Notes: a model not told the origin generated them from the sequence alone. Counted from the first letter of the stretch, positions 17,936 to 27,486 are shown. The stretch: 60,922 nt of DNA from Patescibacteria group bacterium (GCA_034003985.1 JAVEXP010000004.1:1-60922), one strand, 5' to 3'. Program-made: numbers and translations.

Positions 17936-19279
17936 TTATTTAAGGCTTAAGGCAAAATCCTTGAGTTCTGCCAATTTATTGTCCAGCAACTCTGGGCTGT
18001 CGGCTTCAATCGTTATCCGCAATAGCGGCTCGGTATTTGAAGGCCGAACATTAAACCACCAATCCTGATACTGAACCGTTAACCCGTCCAGTTCGTCTTG
18101 CTGACCGTCGGTATATTTATGCTTAAAACCCTCAATGATGGCAAAAATTTTTTGACGGTTTTCCACTCTGATATTTTCTTCTGGGGCTTTATAATACCTC
18201 AACCAAGGTTTAACGATTTCTGACAACGGCTTATTCTCGCTGGATATCAACTGGAGCAAAATCAAAAAAGCAATAAACCCCGAATCGGCATAGGCATTAT
18301 CGCGAAAAGAATAGTGGGAAGAAATCTCACCGCCCATAATGCCGTCGTTATCTCTCATGGCATCACTGACATTGACATAACCGACTTTTGATCTCAGCGG
18401 CACACCGCCCCATTCTTTGATTTTTTCCGGAACAATCTTGGAACAAGACACATTATAAGATATGCCTTTACCTGGCTCCCGCTTTAAAAATTCTTTGGCC
18501 AATAACAACATGCCAATATCACCTTTGATGAACTGCCCTTGCTCATCAATGAAATTTAGCCGGTCGGTATCACCGTCAAAAATCACTCCAAAATCAGCTT
18601 GTTCTTCCAGCACCGCCGCAATTACCTGCCGCTGACTTTCGGGCAACAATGGATTGGAAGGATGGGCCGGAAAACTGCCGTCAAGTTCAAAATTCAATCT
18701 GGTCACTTTGATTGGCAAATGAGGTTCAAGCAATGGAATGATTTTCCCCGCCATGCCATTGCCGGCATCCACTATAACCTTAAAAGGCTTGATCAAAGAG
18801 ACATCAACAAACGACAATAAGTGATCAATGAATTGGGGCATAATATCCAGCTTCTCAACTGATCCCTTTGCCTCAGCCGATAACGCCGGCAAATTCAAAA
18901 CATCATCTTTCAAATCCTCACCCCTAATCCATTGCATATCCTTTAATACCATCTTAAAGCCATTGTATTCTTTGGGATTATGGGAAGCGGTAATCATTAT
19001 TCCGGCCTGATGCCCCAATATTCCAACCGCGAAATAAATCGTATCAATGGAAACCAAGCCGATGTCAAAAACTTTTGCGCCTTCATCGGTGATTCCCTTG
19101 ATCAATTTTGTTTTTAAGCTCGGCCCGGAAAGCCTCATGTCTGAACCAACCACTACCTCCTTGGTCTGACTTTTGCGGACAAACGCGCGGCCAATGGCAT
19201 AAGCCGCTTCTTCATTTAATTCATCAGGATAAGTTCCTCTAATGTCATAGGAACGAAAAATCTCTGGATTAATGCTCAT
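17936..19279 (-). CDS. Phosphomannomutase/phosphoglucomutase family protein
   Basis: 447 aa with the active-site loop TASHNPKEYNGFK and the metal-binding motif FDGDTDR. Confidence 0.85.
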   Translation of the reverse strand: MSINPEIFRSYDIRGTYPDELNEEAAYAIGRAFVRKSQTKEVVVGSDMRLSGPSLKTKLIKGITDEGAKVFDIGLVSIDTIYFAVGILGHQAGIMITASHNPKEYNGFKMVLKDMQWIRGEDLKDDVLNLPALSAEAKGSVEKLDIMPQFIDHLLSFVDVSLIKPFKVIVDAGNGMAGKIIPLLEPHLPIKVTRLNFELDGSFPAHPSNPLLPESQRQVIAAVLEEQADFGVIFDGDTDRLNFIDEQGQFIKGDIGMLLLAKEFLKREPGKGISYNVSCSKIVPEKIKEWGGVPLRSKVGYVNVSDAMRDNDGIMGGEISSHYSFRDNAYADSGFIAFLILLQLISSENKPLSEIVKPWLRYYKAPEENIRVENRQKIFAIIEGFKHKYTDGQQDELDGLTVQYQDWWFNVRPSNTEPLLRITIEADSPELLDNKLAELKDFALSLK

Positions 19280-19305
19280 AGCTACTGGTTGTTCTTCTTA
19301 AATAG

Positions 19306-20472
19306 TTAACGAAATTCTTTCCACAGACTTTTTTTGACCTGAATCATCGCTCCCAGCGCCCACCAAACCGACAGGATGGTTATCAGCCAACCGACAAGCG
19401 GTAAAACTGTCAAAGCGGTAAAGACCAATAAGCCCAGAATCAACGGCCACAGCAGATTGCCTTTATATTTTTTATCTTTACTCAATTGATTGATGATTAA
19501 CAGACCCAGCGCAAAACCGGCAATCACTTTGCTGACGCATAAAGCGATAAAATAAATCGGCACGATAATCAGTGCCAAGGGGATGCCAATGATGGTCAAC
19601 AATAGAATCAGGACGACAACCGGTATCAATATTGAATAAGCAAACCCCCAGCCCAAAGATTGAGCAGGTCGTTTTATCATTTCATCATTAATCTGCAAGG
19701 CGATTTTCGGCACCAGCGTGATATAAACAATACCGATTACCAACAGACTAAACAAGGCTACAATCTTAAACATCACCCAAGCCATTGCCAGCTGGCCGGC
19801 GGCCTGTGGTTTTTTAGCCGCAAAATCATTTCTGACCACTTCGCCACCAATCGTTGAACCCTCGTTCAATTTAAGCTGATCATCGGCCACGGCGCGATAA
19901 TTCAAATTACCATTAACTTTGGCTTGCGGATATAAAGTGATTTCACCGCCCTCGTCAACTTGGGCGGTCAAATCTTTGCCAATGTCGCTACCAATCAAAA
20001 TATTGGCACCCGAACTCCAAGCGTTGCCGGCAATCGGCCCGCGCAGTTCAACGCTGGCGCCAGCGGCAAAAACATCCCAGCCGACTTTTGATTCCGCCCC
20101 CAAACTGACGCTGCTGCCCAGTGCCCAGACATTACGCTCAACTTCATTATTAATGTCCACCGTGGAACCCACTACTCTAACGCTGCCGCCGACCGGTCCC
20201 AAAATCTTGACACTATTACCCGCCGCGATCACATCACCGGCCACTGATCCGCTGATTACAACGCTGTTGCCGGCAACAATCACATCACCGTTAACCGCGC
20301 CGGCAATATCAATAGTTGAACCGGCTTTAATAAAGTTGCCTTCAATAATTTCATCTGGGCCGACATAAAACATTGAACCGACATTCTTATTGGCCGCCCA
20401 AACAGTAACTGGCAGGCCAATCAAAAAAAGACCGACTAGGCCCAACCATAAGACTTTTTTAGCTCTTTTCAT
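19306..20472 (-). CDS. Membrane protein with an N-terminal bactofilin-like beta-helical repeat region and a C-terminal polytopic domain
   Basis: 388 aa with a signal peptide. Degenerate repeats follow (GDVIVAGNSVVISGSVAGDVIAAGNSVKILGPVGGSVRVVGSTVDI...), then 4-5 predicted TM helices. Confidence 0.55.
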   Translation of the reverse strand: MKRAKKVLWLGLVGLFLIGLPVTVWAANKNVGSMFYVGPDEIIEGNFIKAGSTIDIAGAVNGDVIVAGNSVVISGSVAGDVIAAGNSVKILGPVGGSVRVVGSTVDINNEVERNVWALGSSVSLGAESKVGWDVFAAGASVELRGPIAGNAWSSGANILIGSDIGKDLTAQVDEGGEITLYPQAKVNGNLNYRAVADDQLKLNEGSTIGGEVVRNDFAAKKPQAAGQLAMAWVMFKIVALFSLLVIGIVYITLVPKIALQINDEMIKRPAQSLGWGFAYSILIPVVVLILLLTIIGIPLALIIVPIYFIALCVSKVIAGFALGLLIINQLSKDKKYKGNLLWPLILGLLVFTALTVLPLVGWLITILSVWWALGAMIQVKKSLWKEFR

Positions 20473-20506
20473 AGGTTGAATATTTAATGATTAACCTTAA
20501 AAAAGC

Positions 20507-21238
20507 TTAACATTTTTTGGCCATTGTGACAATGTTTGCCGCCTTCAAATATTGCCAGGATTTTGCCTCTTGTCCGCTCCAAAACCAAAGCTTATTATGC
20601 TCAAGTTTTAGACCCGATTCAATAACCAACTTTCTCAACTCAGCCAAAGTAAAAGCGTGATAATAACGCTTGACAGTTCCGTCCATCCATGGTAAATAAA
20701 TATCCTTAAAATCAAGCTCACTGCCTTTAAAAATTTTTTCCCAACCGTGTTTGATGATATAATGCAGATACTGTTTCTGCCACCGATTCCAATTAGTCAT
20801 AATTAATTTGCCGCCGGGTTTTAGCACCCGCTTTATTTCTTTCAAGGTTTGTTCTCGCCTCTTCCGTCCGGGAATATGATGGAGTACTGCTAGACAAAAA
20901 ATTTCATTAAAACTGTCAGAGGCAAACGGCAATTCAAAGACTTCGGCCTTGATAAATTCTTGATTAACAATTTTAAAGTCATCCCGGCATTTAGCAAATT
21001 CCAATTGCTGCTGGCTATTGTCAACACCGATATATTCCACCGCTAAATCTTTAAACAATAAACGCAGCTTGCCATTGCCACAGCCCAAATCCAAAATTTT
21101 GTCTCCGTTGTGAACTTCTTGTTTGAATTTATCCATTCCCGGCCAAAGGTATTGCCTGGTCTGATTAAAATCAACGGCAATCTGATCGTAATCATTTGTA
21201 GTCTGTTTAATAATTTTACTGGCTGTTTCCGATTTCAT
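20507..21238 (-). CDS. Trm9/ALKBH8-type SAM-dependent tRNA methyltransferase homolog
   Basis: 243 aa. I aligned it from memory to yeast Trm9. Matching blocks are FNQTRQYLWP (Trm9 FSQTRYKPWP), LDLGCGNGK, AVLHHIPGRKRREQTLKEIKRVLKPGGKLIMTNW (Trm9 AVVHHWSTRERRVEVI...GGQALIYCW), DIYLPW and RYYHAF. Confidence 0.75.
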   Translation of the reverse strand: MKSETASKIIKQTTNDYDQIAVDFNQTRQYLWPGMDKFKQEVHNGDKILDLGCGNGKLRLLFKDLAVEYIGVDNSQQQLEFAKCRDDFKIVNQEFIKAEVFELPFASDSFNEIFCLAVLHHIPGRKRREQTLKEIKRVLKPGGKLIMTNWNRWQKQYLHYIIKHGWEKIFKGSELDFKDIYLPWMDGTVKRYYHAFTLAELRKLVIESGLKLEHNKLWFWSGQEAKSWQYLKAANIVTMAKKC

Positions 21239-21243
21239 AATTT

Positions 21244-22830
21244 ATGGCTGACAAAAAATTAGAACAAGTAATTTTAGGGCTGATGAAAGCTGACTTAAAA
21301 ACCCGGCCTCATTTTATTAATGTTAAGCGCCAGCTTTCTAATCAGCAGCATCTGGCTCCGCCCCGCAATTCCGATTTATTAAAAGTGTACCAAAAATTGC
21401 TAAAAAGTAAAAAAATTAAAGCCAGCCCGCTCTTGGAAAGATTCTTGCTCAAGCGTGAAATTCGTACACTCTCTGGCGTGGCAGTCATTACAGTTTTGAC
21501 CAAACCTTACCCCTGTCCGGGAAATTGCATTTTTTGTCCCGGCCAAAAAGGTATGCCCAAAAGCTATTTGTCCAATGAACCGGCGGTGATGCGCGCTATT
21601 GGCAGCCAATTCGACCCCTTTAAGCAAGTCACTGTCCGACTCAAAGCTTTGGCTCAAAACGGCCATGCCACCGACAAAATTGAATTAATCGTTTTAGGAG
21701 GCAGCTGGTCGGCTTATCCCAAGCGCTACCAAGCTTGGTTTATCAAAAGATGTTTTGACGCTCTCAACGGCAAAACTTCTACGACCCTCAATCAAGCCCA
21801 AATCAGAAATCAGACTGCTGCCAAGCGCTGCGTTGGCCTTACTCTCGAAACCCGACCCGACCTGATTAATCTCCCAGAAATCAAACGCCTAAGAATGCTG
21901 GGCTGTACCAGGGTAGAATTAGGAGTTCAAACAACTGACGACGAGGTTTTAAAACTTAATCGTCGCGGCAACACTACTGCCGAGATTGTTCAAGCTACCC
22001 GACTATTGAAGTCAGCCGGGTTTAAAATTCAATACCACATGATGCCCAACCTGCCAGGCTCCACTCCCGCCAAAGATTTAAAAATGTTTATTGATCTTTT
22101 TACCAAACCGCAATTCCAGCCCGATATGTTAAAAATCTATCCCTGCGTTGTCACCAGGGACGCTTTGCTCTATCACTGGCACCGCCAAAAAAAATTCAAA
22201 CCATATACCGACAGCCAACTAAAAAAATTACTGATCAAAATCAAGCAAGTCATTCCTTATTATGTTCGCATCACTAGATTAATCCGAGATATTCCTGCCG
22301 AAAGCATTATTGCTGGTAATAAAATTACCAACCTGCGCCAGCTGATCAATGAAGAAATTAAAGATACTCCCCAGGCCTGCAAATGCATCCGCTGCCGCGA
22401 AGCCAAAAACCAGCCGGCCGATTTAAAACAAGTCAAAATGTTTACCCAGCAATACGAAGCTTCCAATGGCGCTGAATATTTTATCAGCTTTGAGTCGGCT
22501 AATCGTAAAATTATCTATGCCTTTGTCCGCCTGCGCCTGCCGCAGCCAGTCACCAGCCAAAACAATCAATTCTATCGGGTTTTTCCCGAACTTAAAAACG
22601 CCGCTTTAATCCGCGAACTTCATACCTATGGCCAATTAGCGCCCTTGGGCCAAGCCGGCGAAGTCCAGCATTTGGGTTTTGGCAAAAAACTGATGGCCCA
22701 AGCCGAAATAATTGCCAAACAAAAACAATTCACCAAGATTGCTGTTATCTCGGGCATTGGCGTTCGGCCATACTATCAAAAAATAGGCTACCGTTTGAAA
22801 GGCACCTATATGCTTAAAAATTTATCCTAA
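21244..22830 (+). CDS. elp3: Elp3-type radical-SAM/GNAT enzyme (tRNA U34 carboxymethylation)
   Basis: 528 aa. The radical-SAM cluster motif is CPGNCIFCPG. A TIM-barrel region follows, then a C-terminal GNAT domain (HLGFGKKLMAQAE...). Confidence 0.85.
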   Translation: MADKKLEQVILGLMKADLKTRPHFINVKRQLSNQQHLAPPRNSDLLKVYQKLLKSKKIKASPLLERFLLKREIRTLSGVAVITVLTKPYPCPGNCIFCPGQKGMPKSYLSNEPAVMRAIGSQFDPFKQVTVRLKALAQNGHATDKIELIVLGGSWSAYPKRYQAWFIKRCFDALNGKTSTTLNQAQIRNQTAAKRCVGLTLETRPDLINLPEIKRLRMLGCTRVELGVQTTDDEVLKLNRRGNTTAEIVQATRLLKSAGFKIQYHMMPNLPGSTPAKDLKMFIDLFTKPQFQPDMLKIYPCVVTRDALLYHWHRQKKFKPYTDSQLKKLLIKIKQVIPYYVRITRLIRDIPAESIIAGNKITNLRQLINEEIKDTPQACKCIRCREAKNQPADLKQVKMFTQQYEASNGAEYFISFESANRKIIYAFVRLRLPQPVTSQNNQFYRVFPELKNAALIRELHTYGQLAPLGQAGEVQHLGFGKKLMAQAEIIAKQKQFTKIAVISGIGVRPYYQKIGYRLKGTYMLKNLS

Positions 22831-22867
22831 AAAAATGAGGTCGGACGATCAGCTGTTTCGCCCGACC
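22829..22867 (-). terminator. Intrinsic terminator of the Cys-rich orphan gene (also just after the elp3 stop codon)
   Basis: The minus strand reads ggtcgg(g)cga-loop-tcg(t)ccgacc followed by tcattttttt. Confidence 0.55.
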
Positions 22868-22898
22868 CGTATTATATCTATCATGTGGGGGGAGTAGG

Positions 22899-23423
22899 TT
22901 AAACCACCTTCTTCATTCGCGGCGACGGCTTGCGATCAGCGGCTTTGCGTGCCGCCGCTTCCTGCGCCTGATCCTGCAAGCGCTGCTGAAGCCGGGTGAT
23001 GGCGTGCCGCACGGCACATTCCGGGTCGTTCTTTGAACAGCCCGCTTCGGTGCAGAGCTTGCAAAGCGCAGCCGTGCAATCGCCATTGGTCTTGCCATCC
23101 ACCGTCAACTCGTCGGCAATGGCATTGGCCACGAATTGCGCTTCGCAGGCGCGATGCGTCAAACACCCGGGAAACACCAGGCTATTGACAACATTGCTCT
23201 GCTTGAGCGCCATCAATTGATGGCAAATCGGACAGCAAGACCCTTTGGTCTCGCCGTCGTACGCCACCAACAGGCGCTGAACCTGCCGGCCAACGAATTG
23301 CTTGATGGTGCTATTGGTAGCACCGTTCCCATTCCTGCCAGTTCCACGATTTTCGAGCATGTCTCTTCCTCTCGTCTTGGTCTTAGTTCCACTTCCTGCC
23401 TGTTTGCCCACAATAACTGCCAT
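22899..23423 (-). CDS. Hypothetical Cys-rich protein (174 aa), GC-rich orphan
   Basis: A strong SD (aaggagga) lies 7 nt before ATG 23423. The N-terminus is disordered and basic G/T/N-rich. The core holds 11 Cys (CCPICHQL, CLTHRAC, CTAALCKLCTEAGC, PEC), and a basic tail follows. The gene has its own promoter and terminator. Confidence 0.5.
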   Translation of the reverse strand: MAVIVGKQAGSGTKTKTRGRDMLENRGTGRNGNGATNSTIKQFVGRQVQRLLVAYDGETKGSCCPICHQLMALKQSNVVNSLVFPGCLTHRACEAQFVANAIADELTVDGKTNGDCTAALCKLCTEAGCSKNDPECAVRHAITRLQQRLQDQAQEAAARKAADRKPSPRMKKVV

Positions 23424-23488
23424 CAAAGTTTCCTCCTTTCCAATAATGGCAGTGGTTGAAGTTAAAGTTAAGGTTCCGATGATGTTTT

Positions 23489-23539
23489 ACCATACCCCAA
23501 TATTAAAAAATTGTCAAATAGCCAATTTGGCGTTATACT
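23489..23539. promoter_or_regulatory. Divergent promoters with overlapping -35 boxes
   Basis: Plus strand: TTGTCA (23511-16), 17 nt, TATACT (23534-39), driving the NUDIX gene. Minus strand: TTGACA (23517-12), 17 nt, TATGGT (23494-89), driving the Cys-rich orphan. Confidence 0.45.
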
Positions 23540-23565
23540 CAAAACAGTTAAGTTAAATTAATCTT

Positions 23566-23967
23566 ATGAAATCACAAAATCATCATTTTAACGAGGTGGT
23601 TATTGCCGCTGGTCCGGTAATCATTAATATTGGCAAAGTTTTACTCAATAAACACGGCGAAAAAAATATCTGGAAATTTCCCGGCGGTGATATTACCGCT
23701 GCTAATGGCGACTTGGAAAGCTGGGCGGCCAAAAAAGTCAAAGAGGAAATGGGCTTGACAGTCAAAATCATCAGACCGCTTAAACCAATGGTTATTTGGC
23801 AGGAAGCTGAAACTATTATTTTGATCCACTACCTGGCCAAATTGGTATCAACCAAAATTAAACCGGCTGACTACATTAAGGAATACGATTGGTTTGATAT
23901 CAATAACTTGCCGCCGGACTGCGCGCCAAACATCAAACCGGTCATTGCCGAACTTCAAGCTTTGTAA
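23566..23967 (+). CDS. NUDIX hydrolase
   Basis: 133 aa with a Nudix-box-like segment GGDITAANGDLESWAAKKVKEEMGL. Confidence 0.75.
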   Translation: MKSQNHHFNEVVIAAGPVIINIGKVLLNKHGEKNIWKFPGGDITAANGDLESWAAKKVKEEMGLTVKIIRPLKPMVIWQEAETIILIHYLAKLVSTKIKPADYIKEYDWFDINNLPPDCAPNIKPVIAELQAL

Positions 23968-24094
23968 TATAATCAAATTATGATTTTTGAATCACTGGAA
24001 TTTAAATAATTGCCTACTAGCCAAGCTGCGTGTTTTGTTTTACAGGCAGTTTTTTATTTGCTAAGCTTAGAAATAATAATCAGTCAAGAAAAAT

Positions 24095-25345
24095 ATGAAA
24101 TACGACAAACTTCCCCAGCAAGACCCCGAAATTTTTAAATTAATTAAACAGGAAACTGTCCGCCAGCAGTCCGGCTTAGTAATGATCCCTTCGGAAAATC
24201 ATGCCTCTGTCGCCGTATTGGAAGCAATGGCTACGGTCTTATCCAACAAATACGCCGAGGGCTACCCGGACAAACGCTATTACACCGGCAACCAATACAT
24301 TGACCAAATTGAAAACCTGGCGATTGACCGGGCCAAAAAACTTTTTAATGCCCCTCATGCCAATGTCCAACCCAACGCCGGCAGTCCGGCCAACATCGCC
24401 ATTTACTTAGCCACCTTGAAACCCGGCGATAAAGTGATGGGCATGAAGCTGGACCAAGGCGGCCACCTGACTCACGGCCATCCCGTCAACCTTTCCGGCC
24501 AGCTTTATAATTTTGTCCAGTACGGCGTCAGACAAGACACCGAAATGATTGATTTAGATGAAATCCGCGACCTCGTCAAAAAAGAAAAACCAAAATTGAT
24601 TGTGACTGGCGCAACCGCTTATCCGCGAATTTTCGATTTTGAAATTTGGAAAGAAATTGCTGATGAAGTCGGCGCGCTATTGTTGGCCGACATCTCCCAC
24701 TTTGTCGGCTTATGTATTTCCGGCGACCATCCCCATCCCTTCCCTTATGCTGATTTTGTTATGACTACCACCCACAAAACTTTGCGCGGACCGCGCAGTG
24801 CCGTCATCCTTTCCCAAGAACAGCACGCCAAAGCCATCGACAAAGCCGTTTTTCCCGGCACCCAAGGCGGGCCGCTGGAACATGTTATTGCGGCCAAAGC
24901 CGTTTGTTTTGCCGAAGCAATGAAACCAGATTTTCAGGAATACGGCCATCAAATTGTTAAAAATGCCAAAGCCTTGGCTGCCACCTTGATGTCCGAAGGC
25001 TTAAGATTGGTTTCCGGCGGCACTGACATTCATCTGATGCTGATTGACTGCAACCCTTTGGGTATCACCGGCCGCCAAGGTTCACAGGCCCTGGCCGCTG
25101 GCGGCATTTACACCAACCGTAATTCAATCCCTTATGATCCGGGTTCGGCTTTTGAACCAACCGGCATCCGCCTGGGGACTCCGGCTTTAACCACCCGTGG
25201 GATGACCGAACCGCAAATGGAAATTATTGGAAAAATTATTGCCAAAACTCTTAAAAACCTCGGGGACGAAAAAGTTCAAAAAGAATTGGCTGATACGGTT
25301 GCTCAACTGACCAAAGAATTTCCCATTTATTCCGAACTCAATTAA
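24095..25345 (+). CDS. glyA: Serine hydroxymethyltransferase
   Basis: 416 aa with YAEGYPDKRYYTG and the PLP lysine in TTTHKTLRGPR. Confidence 0.95.
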   Translation: MKYDKLPQQDPEIFKLIKQETVRQQSGLVMIPSENHASVAVLEAMATVLSNKYAEGYPDKRYYTGNQYIDQIENLAIDRAKKLFNAPHANVQPNAGSPANIAIYLATLKPGDKVMGMKLDQGGHLTHGHPVNLSGQLYNFVQYGVRQDTEMIDLDEIRDLVKKEKPKLIVTGATAYPRIFDFEIWKEIADEVGALLLADISHFVGLCISGDHPHPFPYADFVMTTTHKTLRGPRSAVILSQEQHAKAIDKAVFPGTQGGPLEHVIAAKAVCFAEAMKPDFQEYGHQIVKNAKALAATLMSEGLRLVSGGTDIHLMLIDCNPLGITGRQGSQALAAGGIYTNRNSIPYDPGSAFEPTGIRLGTPALTTRGMTEPQMEIIGKIIAKTLKNLGDEKVQKELADTVAQLTKEFPIYSELN

Positions 25346-25346
25346 C

Positions 25347-26195
25347 ATGTCAAAACCTTGCGCCCAAATCATTGACGGCGATAAAATCAGTCAAACAATT
25401 CTGGCTGACCTAAAATCAAAAATCAGCCAATTGCCAACCAAGCCGGGTTTGGCCGTAATCTTAATCGGCAACGATCCTGCTTCGAAGCGCTATGTCGAAA
25501 AAAAGAAAAAGGCTTGCCGGCAGGTTGGCATCACTTTTCACGAATACCTTGGTGGCATCGAAAATTTCTTTCCCAATATCACCCAGGCTGAAATAATTAA
25601 AATGATTAACTGGCTTAATCAAGATCCGGAAATCAATGCCGTTATTATCCAATTGCCATTACCCGATAAATTCGATACTCAAACCATTATTAATCAATTG
25701 TCCCCGGCCAAGGATGTTGACGGCTTTCACCCTCAAAACCAATATAATGCCGACTTTAATTCCCCGCTGATTAAAGCCATTGATTTGGCGCTTAAAACCA
25801 CCGACGAAAATTTCGAAGGAAAGCGCGCGGTAATTGTTTCTAAAAATCCGATTTTTTCTGATCCCCTAAAAAAAAGTTTGGCGAAACACGGTCTGAAAGC
25901 AGACGCCGTTAAACCGGATAACCAGTTGGCAAAAATTACCGCCCAAGCCGATGTCTTAATCAGTGTCGTCGGCCAGCCAGGGTTAATCACTCCCGCGATG
26001 ATCAAATCCGGCGCGACGGTTATTGATGTTGGCACTACCTTGGTGGGAAAAAACAAATGGCTCGGCGATACTGATCCCGAAGTCAAGAATAAAGCCGGAT
26101 GGTTGACGCCGGTTCCCGGCGGCATCGGACCGCTGACTGTCGCCATGCTTTTGGAAAATACTTATCAACTCAGCCAACAACAAAAATATGGTTGA
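25347..26195 (+). CDS. folD: Bifunctional methylene-THF dehydrogenase/cyclohydrolase
   Basis: 282 aa with YVEKKKKAC, DVDGFHP and the C-terminal PVPGGIGPLTVAML. Confidence 0.9.
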   Translation: MSKPCAQIIDGDKISQTILADLKSKISQLPTKPGLAVILIGNDPASKRYVEKKKKACRQVGITFHEYLGGIENFFPNITQAEIIKMINWLNQDPEINAVIIQLPLPDKFDTQTIINQLSPAKDVDGFHPQNQYNADFNSPLIKAIDLALKTTDENFEGKRAVIVSKNPIFSDPLKKSLAKHGLKADAVKPDNQLAKITAQADVLISVVGQPGLITPAMIKSGATVIDVGTTLVGKNKWLGDTDPEVKNKAGWLTPVPGGIGPLTVAMLLENTYQLSQQQKYG

Positions 26196-27057
26196 CCAAA
26201 TTACCAAAAATTTAATCTTACGAGCGCAAAAAAATGAAATCACCGAGCATCTAGTCTACCAAAAATTATCCTTGGCGTTAAAGCATGAGGGCAATAAAAA
26301 AATTTTGGCGAGAATCAGCCAGGATGAATTAAAGCACTATAATTTTTGGCAAGGCTACACCCAGGCCAATATTAAACCGAATCATTTTAAAGTTTGGCGG
26401 TATTTTCTGATCGCCAAACTTTTCGGCATTACCTTTGGCATCCGGCTGATGGAAGGCGGCGAGAAGGATGCACAAATCTTGTACCAAAAAATTGTTCAGA
26501 ATATTCCGGAGGCAGCTGGTATCATTGACGACGAGAATCTTCATGAACGAGAGTTGATTGATATTATTGATGAAGAAAAATTAAAATACATCGGCTCAAT
26601 CGTATTGGGCCTTAATGACGCTTTAGTTGAATTAACCGGCGCGCTGGCCGGCTTAACTTTGGCGCTGCAAGACGCCAAGCTGATTGCCACCACCGGATTC
26701 ATTACCGGCATTGCCGCTTCGTTTTCTATGGCCGCTTCGGAATATTTGGCAACCAAATCCGAACAAGGCGATAAACACCCAGTTCGCGCTTCAATCTATA
26801 CCGGCATTGCCTATGTGGCGACTGTCGCCGTCTTGATATTTCCTTATTTAGTAGTCAATAATATTTATCTTTCACTGGCTTGGACAATCGCTAACGCCTT
26901 GATGATTATTTTATCATTTACTTTTTATACCGCTGTTGCCCAGCAGCAGCCATTTAAAAAAAGATTTCTGGAAATGAGCCTCCTCAGCTTAAGCGTTGCC
27001 GCTTTGTCGTTTGTAATCGGCTTATTGGTTAGAAATCTTTTTGGGATTGAAATTTAA
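26188..27057 (+). CDS. VIT1/CCC1-family iron/manganese transporter with an N-terminal ferritin-like domain
   Basis: 289 aa with an N-terminal four-helix ferritin-like region (EITEHLVY..ELKHYNFW) and a C-terminal VIT1 membrane domain (GLNDALVELTGALAG). Confidence 0.75.
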   Translation: MVDQITKNLILRAQKNEITEHLVYQKLSLALKHEGNKKILARISQDELKHYNFWQGYTQANIKPNHFKVWRYFLIAKLFGITFGIRLMEGGEKDAQILYQKIVQNIPEAAGIIDDENLHERELIDIIDEEKLKYIGSIVLGLNDALVELTGALAGLTLALQDAKLIATTGFITGIAASFSMAASEYLATKSEQGDKHPVRASIYTGIAYVATVAVLIFPYLVVNNIYLSLAWTIANALMIILSFTFYTAVAQQQPFKKRFLEMSLLSLSVAALSFVIGLLVRNLFGIEI

Positions 27058-27087
27058 ATTGTTCTTCAAGTTCATTGATTACGAATA

Positions 27088-27486
27088 TCAATAAACTTTA
27101 ATAATATTGCAATTGCCGTCTAATTCCACAAAATGATGAGCCTGCCCGGTTCGGAATGCCGCACACTGATTTTCCGCCTGATCATCAATCTCTTGTCGAG
27201 GTAAATGAGCGATATCACAAACCCAGTCATCAATAATTTTATCGCTTAAGCACGGACCAAAACTAAAATCCTCATCATCACCCACCAATTTCTGCTGACA
27301 TAATTCCTGGCACTTAACCTGGGCCAAACTTTTTTCGGCCTGTTTTTGTTTCTCTAATTGAACTTTGCCGGAAGTATAATCAATCACATTTTGAATCGGC
27401 CCAGCGGCCTTTTGGCAACCGCCTAAAATAAAAAATAACGGCATAATCATTACCGCCATCATCAATTTTAATATTTTTATTTTCAT
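27088..27486 (-). CDS. Putative lipoprotein, hypothetical
   Basis: I placed the start at MKIKILKLMMAVMIMPLFFILGGC, which gives a lipobox (LGGC). The mature part has 6 Cys. I know of no homology. Confidence 0.5.
   Translation of the reverse strand: MKIKILKLMMAVMIMPLFFILGGCQKAAGPIQNVIDYTSGKVQLEKQKQAEKSLAQVKCQELCQQKLVGDDEDFSFGPCLSDKIIDDWVCDIAHLPRQEIDDQAENQCAAFRTGQAHHFVELDGNCNIIKVY

Noticed and set aside
22913-23556. Alternative-frame and plus-strand ORFs within the 22.9-23.5 kb GC-rich patch (22913..23098, 22936..23166, 22996..23220, 23136..23459, 23213..23413 and 23302..23556).
   Set aside because: Only the frame 22899..23423 has a canonical SD, promoter and terminator in the right orientation. 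The others are shadow ORFs of GC-rich sequence.
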